NCBI GenBank assembly: GCA_963768855.1
Contig: CAVYJM010000007.1
Coordinates: 1 to 64,000 of the forward strand
Length of the DNA: 64,000 nucleotides
Origin: an uncultured Thermoplasmata archaeon
GTDB taxonomy: Archaea; Thermoplasmatota; Thermoplasmata; RBG-16-68-12
Direction of reading: 5' to 3'
Part shown: in pieces, positions 26,260 through 33,516 of the stretch
How positions within the stretch are numbered: the first letter of the stretch is position 1
Layout of the letters: each line of letters begins with the position of its first letter
Notes under the pieces: model-generated
Seen by the model: the letters and a program-made list of their open reading frames with translations, nothing else
Databases searched by the model: none
Told to the model about the DNA's origin: nothing
Made by a program: the position numbers and the translations under genes

Positions 26260-26680
26260 CGCTCTTCCGCTTCTTCGGGTTCCGTGCAGCAGTCGCCCGT
26301 TTCCGCTTCCGACTCCGCGTGGCGTTCTCTGCCACGCGCGCTTTCACGATGCGGGAGACCAGGTCAGCGGCGAGGGGTCGGTCGGGGGTGAAGTGGATGG
26401 TCCCCTTCCCCGCCTCGAACGGTTTCAATTCGGTGGAGAACCGACGGCGACTCTGGGCGCTCCCCACGAAGAAGCTACAGTGGTCCTTGAATGCGGCATA
26501 GTGCACGAGCATCCCGTTTTGCCGAAAGGCCGGCATTTGATAGCTGATGACCTCATCCGCGTCGGGGGCGGCTGCCTTGATGGTCTTCCGTAGCTCCTGC
26601 AACCCAGTCCGAAACTTGGGCGGGATGCGTGCCAGGTACTCGTCGACCGTCTTCGGGGCGGGGGCCCGTTGGGGCGCCAT
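26249..26680 (-). CDS. DUF1801 (YdhG-like) iron-chaperone family protein
   Basis: TVDEYL, LRKTIKAAAPDADEVISYQMPAF, KGTIHF. Confidence 0.85.
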   Translation of the reverse strand: MAPQRAPAPKTVDEYLARIPPKFRTGLQELRKTIKAAAPDADEVISYQMPAFRQNGMLVHYAAFKDHCSFFVGSAQSRRRFSTELKPFEAGKGTIHFTPDRPLAADLVSRIVKARVAENATRSRKRKRATAARNPKKRKSDGR

Positions 26681-26821
26681 GACGAAGGAACCGGTGCGGG
26701 TTGCCTTAAGGGTTCGGCTTCGCCCGCACGATGGCCCTTTTGTCGCCGGTCAGGGTGAACGGACACGCACCTCTGCGTAGCAGGAATCGGAGGGTGGAGT
26801 GCGGACTCGAAAGCCAAGCCA

Positions 26822-26884
26822 GTGACCTAGGGAACGGGCCCTCGCACCCCCTTCCGTTCGGATTACGTTGACGCAGCCCCGTTG
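26822..26884. repeat. Degenerate, internally deleted second copy of the att junction at 27306-27405
   Basis: gtgacctagggaacgggcc[c/g]tcgcac at 26822-26847 vs 27306-27331 (26 bp, 1 mismatch), then ccccttc[c/t]gttcgg and ta[c/t]gtt..ac...gccccgtt matching ~27370-27405. Confidence 0.75.
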
Positions 26885-26917
26885 ACTGCCCACGCCCGCC
26901 CGCGAGGGGCGGGCACG

Positions 26918-27241
26918 TTACCCTTTCGGCGCTTGCGTATCAGACGACGGGTGCCCGCACGCGGCACAGGCCGACTGACCCCTGTACACGTCACCGCCGC
27001 ACTCGGGGCAAGCGTATAGGAACGGTAGGGCTGGCCGCGTTCCTTGGGAAGCGGTCCCGGCCGCAGTATCCCCGGCGAGCGCCAAGACGGCAATTCCGAT
27101 TAGGACGATCGCGAACATGAGTGCCAGGCCGCCGAAGAAGAACACGCCCACAACCGCCACGAAAATCCCTGCTATCGCGAACCCGACAGCTGCACCGCCC
27201 GCACCGGCCATGCTCCGGCACCACCGGCCCGCGAAATGCAT
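26918..27241 (-). CDS. Small membrane protein with a C-terminal zinc ribbon
   Basis: Two TM helices then CPEC...CAAC; lies between the two repeat copies. Confidence 0.65.
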   Translation of the reverse strand: MHFAGRWCRSMAGAGGAAVGFAIAGIFVAVVGVFFFGGLALMFAIVLIGIAVLALAGDTAAGTASQGTRPALPFLYACPECGGDVYRGQSACAACGHPSSDTQAPKG

Positions 27242-27347
27242 CTTCGAGCTTGAAGATGTTCTTGGTCCCGCTTCGCGACGGAGGACGGCTTCAGACCCCG
27301 AGATCGTGACCTAGGGAACGGGCCGTCGCACGACTGTCATTCGATCG

Positions 27348-27382
27348 AGGGCCAGGTGACCGCCGTACGCCCCCTTCTGTTC
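27348..27382. repeat. att site at the distal end of the element: displaced copy of the rnpB 3' end
   Basis: agggccaggtGaccgccGtacgcccccttctgttc matches 32748-32782 at 33/35 positions. Confidence 0.9.
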
Positions 27383-27416
27383 GGCGTATGTTACTCTGCC
27401 CCGTTCCCCAAGCCAT

Positions 27417-27442
27417 GAGGACCCCGCGGCCGCGGGGTCCTC
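27417..27442. repeat. Perfect 26-bp palindrome upstream of rep
   Basis: gaggaccccgcggccgcggggtcctc equals its own reverse complement. Confidence 0.9.
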
Positions 27443-27479
27443 CCCTTACCTGGGGGCCGGGCCGTGAAGGTCCCATCGC

Positions 27480-28619
27480 ATGGGCCTCCGCTCTCTTCGT
27501 CGCCCACGCGAATCCCGAGCTGGAAGTCGTCGTCGCCGGGAGCCCGGGGAGATCTCCGACTTCCTCAATGCCCACGGAGAGGTCCGCCTCGAGAATGTCC
27601 GGGCCTTCGGGTTCGACGTAGGGAAGGACCGCGCGGTCCTCGAGGACCTGTACCTGGCGTGGGTCGACGATGACGACTACCTCGTGATGAAGGTCCTGAA
27701 GGACGAAGGCGGGGCCGTCGAATCCCTCATGCGTGTCTACAAGGCCCGGAAGCGCGGTAACGACGTCGACGTCGCCGCGCAGCCAAACGCCTCCACGGCG
27801 TGGAGTACGCCTGGAGCCTTCGGTGGCTCGGCAAAGCACGCTTGCGGGCAGCTCGTCTATCTCACAGGAACCGTTGCGACGGGAGATCTGGAGGCGTGGG
27901 AGTCTGGGATGCCGTCCCGCTGGAGTGGTCCCGATACCTCGCGCGCATCCGCGGGCGGTTCGGCCGCGTTCTGGTCCTCCGATCCTGGGAATCGACGGGC
28001 AATGGATACGCGCATGTCCACGCACTCCTGGCGTTCCTCGATTACGTCTTTGCGGATCTCTGGCTCTCCATTAACCGAAGACCGGCGAGACCCGCTGGCG
28101 GGTATCGAACGAGATCGGGCCGTCCTCCGCGATTGGCCCCTCGGGTTTGTCGACGTCCAGGCCGTCGTGGGGGAGAACGCAGTGCGCGGGCGGATCGCGG
28201 ACGTCCTCAATTACGTCGTGAAAGGCGTCCTCGAGGCCCGCGGCGGAAAGGAGATCTGGAACCGCGCCGCCCTCTGGTTCATGGGCAAGCGGTCCTGGGG
28301 GATTACGAAGGAGCTCCGGGCACGTACCCTGCTGTACGACTCGATAGAACGGGGCGACGAACGGACTCCTAGCATAACCCAAAAAGCGCCGTGGGTCCGC
28401 GTGGTCTTCCTGGGCATGGTCAAACGGTTTTCGACGGAGCTCCAGGCCTCGGACTGGTTCAAGGTCTACGAGGACCCGCCCGAATGGGTAGGCGCGATCT
28501 GGGTTCCGAAGCGTAGTCAGGCTGAGACCAGCGGGCGGTCTCGGGCTCGGGGAGGTGTTCGCGCATGGAAACGCTTGATGGATCCACGGAGGGCTGCCCA
28601 GATTGCGGAAAGCCGTTGA
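27480..28619 (+). pseudogene. HUH-superfamily rolling-circle replication initiator (Rep), frameshifted
   Basis: Motif-1-like LVYLTGTV and motif-3-like NYVVK lie in the 27480 frame; motif 2 ESTGNGYAHVHALL lies in the 27800 frame. Also KRGNDV and W..GFVDV. Confidence 0.75.
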
Positions 28620-29014
28620 CGATCATCCTGAGCCCGGTCCTCAAGGAGCAGGGTTGGGGTTGCGGGGCGTGCAGCTTCCGCACGATCTGGTCCCGCATCC
28701 TCCGCGGAAGGACGATCACGCCCCCTGGTGTGGCATTGCAACGTCTGCGGGTGGGATCAGTACGACGCGGGCACGACGCTTCGCCATGCCATCAACGTTC
28801 ACCGGGTCGCCGACTGGGACGCCGCGATGAAGCTCGGGCGATACGTCGACGTCGTTTGCCCTGCGTGCAAAGGCGAGGGTCGCGCGCCGCGGAGATCTGC
28901 CGTCGGTGCCTCGGCCGCGGCTTCATCGATCGCTCGAGCGGGAGGTGGTTAGTTGAGACTCCAGGACGCTCTAACTCTTCGCCATGTTCTCGAGGGTGCG
29001 CTTCGCAGCCCTGA
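28565..29014 (+). CDS. Zinc-ribbon microprotein (3' extent uncertain)
   Basis: CPDC...CGAC in the first ~40 aa; the rest overlaps another ORF and may be spurious. Confidence 0.4.
   Translation: METLDGSTEGCPDCGKPLTIILSPVLKEQGWGCGACSFRTIWSRILRGRTITPPGVALQRLRVGSVRRGHDASPCHQRSPGRRLGRRDEARAIRRRRLPCVQRRGSRAAEICRRCLGRGFIDRSSGRWLVETPGRSNSSPCSRGCASQP
28728..28952 (+). CDS. Zinc-finger microprotein
   Basis: CNVC...H...H (C2H2-like) and CPAC. Confidence 0.5.
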   Translation: MWHCNVCGWDQYDAGTTLRHAINVHRVADWDAAMKLGRYVDVVCPACKGEGRAPRRSAVGASAAASSIARAGGG

Positions 29015-29212
29015 GCGAATCGGGCAGCCGACGTCTTGCGAGCTTGAGGGCGTGCCCTTTCAAGACCGAATTGCGAATGGTAATGAGGCCGCACTCTGGA
29101 AGCACAGGAGGCCCGCTTCGATGAATCTCTTTTGACCTTCAGGCGATGCCCCGCGCACGTAAACCCGACGCGCAACCATGTGACATTGTGGACAACGGAT
29201 CTTCTTGCGCAT
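28971..29212 (-). pseudogene. Zinc-ribbon microprotein, apparent 2-nt frameshift
   Basis: Manual: MRKKIRCPQCHMVARRVYVRG...GLLC then a shift to PECGLITIRNSVLK...AKS*. Span is 242 nt (80 codons + 2). Confidence 0.4.
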
Positions 29213-29253
29213 GACTCCAGAACGATGCCTGGTATAGTATACTTTACCATGAC

Positions 29254-29841
29254 GTGGGGGTGGGGCGGTTGAGGGGTTACAAGCGTGAGTACTACCGGAA
29301 CCCTCCGGACTACTGCCTCGATTGCAGACGTCCTCTCCGGTCCTTCGACTCGCAGACGTTCCACCTCTGCGGCATGTGCTCGCGGATCAGGCGATTGAGC
29401 TCGCGCGATCGCGGACGGCTTCGAGGCTCCGGAGCCATGGGACGGGTGGGGCACATGAAGTTCTCCGTCCTCGGAATCTCGGTTGACATCACCCGGGCGG
29501 ACATCGCGGGCGTCGTCCTCCTGGGCGGCGCGTTCCTTCTCGCGGTCCTTGTCCTCGGAAGGCGGAAGCATGACCGCGGCCGACAAGCGGGGCGAGGCGA
29601 TCGCGCGCACGAACCGGAGGCGCGAGCGGCGCAACCGGAGACTCGCACGCCGCGCCGATCGGATCGCGCGTCGACGTGCGCAGCGGGAGGCGAGAGGTTG
29701 AGCCGACGCCGCCCGCATCGTGGTCGACATCGCCGCCCTCGAGCGCGGAAGCCCGGGCGTCCTCATGCCCGGAAGCCGGTCAACCCGCACGATCGCTTCC
29801 GCCGGAACCGGCCAAGGGTACGGTTCAATCGGAGGCGGTGA
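29254..29841 (+). CDS. Hypothetical ORF: Zn-finger N-terminus (CLDC...CGMC) plus a single-TM segment; possibly several merged micro-ORFs
   Basis: Track ORF; internal MKFSVLG...GVVLLGGAFLLAVLVLGRRK is a clear TM helix. Confidence 0.4.
   Translation: MGVGRLRGYKREYYRNPPDYCLDCRRPLRSFDSQTFHLCGMCSRIRRLSSRDRGRLRGSGAMGRVGHMKFSVLGISVDITRADIAGVVLLGGAFLLAVLVLGRRKHDRGRQAGRGDRAHEPEARAAQPETRTPRRSDRASTCAAGGERLSRRRPHRGRHRRPRARKPGRPHARKPVNPHDRFRRNRPRVRFNRRR
29570..29701 (+). CDS. Arg-rich basic microprotein (43 aa)
   Basis: MTAADKRGEAIARTNRRRERRNRRLARRADRIARRRAQREARG. Confidence 0.35.
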   Translation: MTAADKRGEAIARTNRRRERRNRRLARRADRIARRRAQREARG

Positions 29842-29847
29842 TAACCT

Positions 29848-30135
29848 ATGACGCTCGACAAGACCGACCCGCCGACGGATGAGGATTGGATCATGTTCCT
29901 CTTGACGCACCCGAGGTTCCTCGATAAGCCGCTCTCGCAAGCGCAGATCGCCGAAGGGCTCGGCGTATCACGGCACACAGTCAACCTGAAGATCGGGCGG
30001 GTGAAGCACTGCCTCGCCCAGGCTCTCGCAGGCGCGGCCCTCCTCATGAAGCAGGACCCGAAGGGTCATGGTCTCTCCGAGAGAGAGGATGAAGTCGTCG
30101 AGGACGACGAGGACACCGACCTCAATCTCCCCTGA
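29848..30135 (+). CDS. Helix-turn-helix DNA-binding protein
   Basis: LSQAQIAEGLGVSRHTVNLKIGR HTH; acidic tail. Confidence 0.75.
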   Translation: MTLDKTDPPTDEDWIMFLLTHPRFLDKPLSQAQIAEGLGVSRHTVNLKIGRVKHCLAQALAGAALLMKQDPKGHGLSEREDEVVEDDEDTDLNLP

Positions 30136-30661
30136 AGGAATCGCCCTGGTATCCCATTTGCGTGTAAGCCATGGATTAGCATGTCTGACGAGGCGGAGAG
30201 TAGGATAATAGGGTCACTTTGCCTCATGCCCGCGATGCGTGGGAGCTTCCCGCACCCGCATCCCTAACGCTCCGGCCGCCCGCGGCTCTGTCCTCTTAGG
30301 GCGCGGCGAATTGATGGGGCCCTGACTAACCTAGCTCAAACACTAGGCTTAACACTTAACAGTTCTTTTTCTTGTGGGCGAAATCCCCCCTTCCTAATCA
30401 CTCAAGCGCTAAAGGCCGGTTAGCAGTTAGCAGAACCCCAGACCCGCGGTGCCACCGAGGAGCGTAAGCGTCAAGCGCTCGCTCACGCTGTCCGGTGGCA
30501 CACGGGAGAGGGAAGGCCGGCGCGTCGGTTCCCAAATCAGCGCCCCGACCTTCCCCCCGAAATCACGACGACAGCTTCAAGCGCCCCGGTGCCCTTCGCC
30601 CTCCCGGGAACCGACGCGGAAGGGCGCTCGCCTTTTCGACGTCCTCTCAGGAGATCGGAGA

Positions 30662-30901
30662 ATGTCTGAAGCGGCAGTCGTCGGCATGGGTGCGCAGGCG
30701 GAAGACCAGCCCGACAAGATGGGAACGGGCAAGCGCCAGGTCTGGGCGATCGTGCTCATGGTGCCGGGCCCAGACCTGAAGCTCGGCCTCGAGGTGGGCG
30801 GGAAGATCCGCGCGCTCCTGGTCAAGGAATACCCGGAGCTGAGCGACCGGCTCGTGGGCGAGATCTACAACCCCCGGAATGGAACCGGCGCTGACTTCTG
30901 A
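30662..30901 (+). CDS. Hypothetical microprotein of the element
   Basis: 79 aa from ATG 30662 with an upstream GGAG. Confidence 0.5.
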   Translation: MSEAAVVGMGAQAEDQPDKMGTGKRQVWAIVLMVPGPDLKLGLEVGGKIRALLVKEYPELSDRLVGEIYNPRNGTGADF

Positions 30902-30913
30902 CCGGGGCGGTCC

Positions 30914-31096
30914 ATGGCGAACCGCGTCCGGTGGGTCGATCGGAAGACCGGGGAAGCGGAGACCTACACGGTCTACTACCCTGGAGAGGACTCGATGCCT
31001 AGAGTGGCCGCGGCCCTCCAGGCGCTCGCGGGCCCTGCCCCCGGCCATCCTCTCGGCTTCCGATGGGAGCTCCGGCCTCGAGAACCGCGTCGATAG
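30914..31096 (+). CDS. Hypothetical microprotein of the element
   Basis: 60-aa ORF starting 12 nt after the previous stop. Confidence 0.45.
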   Translation: MANRVRWVDRKTGEAETYTVYYPGEDSMPRVAAALQALAGPAPGHPLGFRWELRPREPRR

Positions 31097-31176
31097 CCCA
31101 GGATTCCCCCCGGACTAACTGGCCCCCGGGGGCCAGTTAGTCTCAGGCCGGCGTTGGTGCTCCGCCGGCCCTTTTT

Positions 31177-31551
31177 CTCCATAGAACAACCCCTCTCCAT
31201 TAACCTCAAATGCCTCGGTGTCTATCTCCATCTTGGTCCTCCCGCAGCATGTAGAGCAGGGAACGGTTGGACCGGGCCGCGGGGCCTGTCCTTGCCCGAT
31301 AAACCCCGCGGCCTTTGGAATCTCTCCATAGGGTTTAGGGTCTAGGCCACCCTGCCGAAACCCCCCCGACGTTCCCATGGAGAAAGCGGGGGAGTAGGGG
31401 TACCGTGCTACTGACCCCCCTCGATTCTCTCCATAGGCGTGTCAAACGAGTTTCCCCTCCCCATGCAGGGGTCAAAAACCGCGATTTCCAACATGGAGAA
31501 ACCGACCGAAAACATGGAGTAGCCTCCATGTGGCGGGCAAATTCCCTCCAT
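31177..31551. repeat. Cluster of about 10 CTCCAT/ATGGAG hexamers upstream of the integrase
   Basis: CTCCAT at 31177, 31195, 31226, 31324, 31429, 31524, 31546; ATGGAG at 31377, 31493, 31514; several extend to TCTCCATAG. Confidence 0.65.
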
Positions 31552-31779
31552 AGAAGGTAATATCCATGAGAACTCTATCTCCCCTGTCCGGCAAGGACAA
31601 ATGGTTTCTAAGCCCCAAATCCATGTCGGCGTCGCTCGCGTCCAAGGGGAACGAACGCGAGTAGTTGGCCGACATGACCCACGATCGCGGCTTCGCGTCG
31701 CGTGCAACCCTACGTGGGGCGGGGCAGAACGACAGGGATTCTCGCTAGGATCCTCAAGCCGAACGGGAGGGAATCCCGG

Positions 31780-32622
31780 ATGAACTTCAAGTCGTTCGTC
31801 CGGGCGAAGGCCAGGACCGCCCTGGCGGATTCGACCCTCGAGCTGTACGAACGTGACGTCCGGGGAATCCTCGGATGGCTCGGCGCACGTCCTCTCACGG
31901 TCGAGACCGCGCAGGACGTCGAAGCCTGGTTCGCTTCGAGGACCAAGAAGCCCAATACCCTCCAGCGGTGGATTACCTCTCTGAACTGGCTCCTTCGCTG
32001 GAAGGGCGTGGACTACCAGGCCCGCCGGCCTCGGAAGGAACTCAACCTGAACCCGCGGACGATCTCCGACGAGGAGTACGACCAGGCCATCGCGCGGCTC
32101 CGGGACCCGATGGAACGTCTCGCGGTCCTGATTTCGCATGAGACCGGGTGGTCTCCCTCCGACGTCGTGCAGATCCGGCGGGCGGACATCGACCTGTCCG
32201 GCGACCAGGCGGTCATCCGACGCTTCCGCCAGAAGACGAAGGCGATCGGAACGCCACTTCTCGGGAAGGATCTCACGGATGAGCTGCGGGCGTACCTCGC
32301 GGCGAACCCGGAGCTCGACTTCATCTTCCCGGGAGACAAGCGGGACGGACTCCCGCACCGGAACCGGACCTGGGTGAATGCGGTCCTCAAGCGCACGGGG
32401 GCCGCGTTCAGCCCGCGAGCCTTCCGGTCCAACCTGGCGACCAAGTGGCCCGGAGACAACATCGAGGGCCTGATGCGCCAGGGAATGTGGAAGGACCCGC
32501 GGACGATCTTCCAGAACTACCGCGGCAACAGCCTGCCGCGCCAAGCATCCTCCCTCGAGGCGGCGATGGGCCGCCTGGGGAAGGACCCGAAATCGACCGA
32601 AGATGTGCCTGGCTACGGGTGA
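31780..32622 (+). CDS. Tyrosine recombinase/integrase (XerC/D-like fold), atypical active-site residues
   Basis: SAM-like N-terminal domain (STLELYERDVRGILGW, PNTLQRWITSL); box I ETGWSPSDV; FIFPG; SPRAFRSNLAT; MWKD...IFQNY. GGGAGG Shine-Dalgarno before ATG 31780. Confidence 0.85.
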   Translation: MNFKSFVRAKARTALADSTLELYERDVRGILGWLGARPLTVETAQDVEAWFASRTKKPNTLQRWITSLNWLLRWKGVDYQARRPRKELNLNPRTISDEEYDQAIARLRDPMERLAVLISHETGWSPSDVVQIRRADIDLSGDQAVIRRFRQKTKAIGTPLLGKDLTDELRAYLAANPELDFIFPGDKRDGLPHRNRTWVNAVLKRTGAAFSPRAFRSNLATKWPGDNIEGLMRQGMWKDPRTIFQNYRGNSLPRQASSLEAAMGRLGKDPKSTEDVPGYG

Positions 32623-32747
32623 TTCACATATCCGGTCCTTCTGTTAGTTCATGGAGAGATTTCGTATACAATGTGTACGCGGTCTCTCAGGGGGTCCGCA
32701 CATACGCCCGGCCGGGATGTGCGGTCCCTCCGGTGGGTCCTGACAGA

Positions 32748-32782
32748 AGGGCCAGGTCACCGCCATACGCCCCCTTCTGTTC
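32748..32782. repeat. att site overlapping the 3' end of rnpB
   Basis: agggccaggtCaccgccAtacgcccccttctgttc, 33/35 identical to 27348-27382. Confidence 0.9.
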
Positions 32783-33039
32783 TGACGGCATTGGACTAAG
32801 CGTCCTACCTGGCGCAAAGCGCCTTTTTGGACTTGCTCCGGTGGGGTGTCGCCGTCTCACCAGGTCCCGCACCAACGTCTTCGCCAGCGCGATTCATCCT
32901 CGGTGCGGGCTGTGTCGTTTCTGCGCCCTTGCCGGCCCTCTCAGGCCCCCCGCTTGCACGGGGCCACCTCTCGTAAGGAGGGGGGACGTTCCTCAGCTGC
33001 CCTTGCGGGCTACCGTCGGCCGTCCGCGGTCTCCTGGCC
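32750..33039 (-). ncRNA. rnpB: RNase P RNA (archaeal)
   Basis: Minus strand: P1 GGCCAGG..ACCGC / GCGGU..CCUGGCC; CR-I GAGGAACGUCCCCCC; AGAAACGAC; ACCCCACCGGAGCAAG; CR-V AACAGAAGGGGGCGUA. P4 pairing is compensatory relative to the familiar GAAAGUCC/GGCUUA consensus. TATA-like CATATAG ~25 nt upstream. Confidence 0.9.
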
Positions 33040-33129
33040 GACGCGCCCATCGGGGCAGGGCTATATGGAGTTTGTCTCCTTGCGTTCCGCGGGCGCGAGG
33101 TTTATGCCGGAGTCCGGCTAGAATAGACC

Positions 33130-33486
33130 ATGTCGACCCCCAAGACGTTCCACCCCGAGGGCCTGCGCCGCGAGCACGAGAGCAAGGGCAAGGCATACAT
33201 GGAGTTCCTCCGGGAGCCCGCGATGAGCGCGGGCCTTTACATCCTCCCCACGTCCAGTGAGGATCCTCAGTCGCCGCACACGGAGGACGAGGTCTACGTC
33301 GTCCTGAACGGGCGCGGCAGCATCCAGCTGCCCGGGGAGGATCGGCCCGTCGTGAAAGGCTCGATGGCCTACGTCCCGGCGCACACGGAGCACCGTTTCC
33401 ACTCGATCGAGGAGCCGCTCGAGGTCCTCGTCCTGTTCTCTCCCGCGGAGGGCAGCCACTCGGGGGCCGCGGGCGCCGAAGCCTAA
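33130..33486 (+). CDS. Cupin domain protein
   Basis: PHTEDEVYVVLNGRG...YVPAHTEHRF. Confidence 0.85.
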   Translation: MSTPKTFHPEGLRREHESKGKAYMEFLREPAMSAGLYILPTSSEDPQSPHTEDEVYVVLNGRGSIQLPGEDRPVVKGSMAYVPAHTEHRFHSIEEPLEVLVLFSPAEGSHSGAAGAEA

Positions 33487-33516
33487 GCCTTTATCCCCGC
33501 GAGCCATCGCGGCGGC

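Larger units (their letters stand above)
27348..32782. mobile_element. Integrated ~5.4-kb rolling-circle plasmid-like element in the 3' end of rnpB
   Basis: 35-bp direct repeats offset by exactly 5400 bp; tyrosine recombinase at one end, HUH Rep at the other; HTH and Zn-finger microproteins inside. Confidence 0.88.

Noticed and set aside
26822-27331. Integron-like cassette array (gene flanked by direct repeats)
   Set aside because: Only two copies, no attC-like inverted structure, and no further copies between the neighbouring genes. Tandem att scars explain it better.
27348-32782. Calling the element a provirus (e.g. pleolipovirus-like)
   Set aside because: No recognisable capsid, spike or packaging ATPase gene; size and content fit a plasmid-like element.
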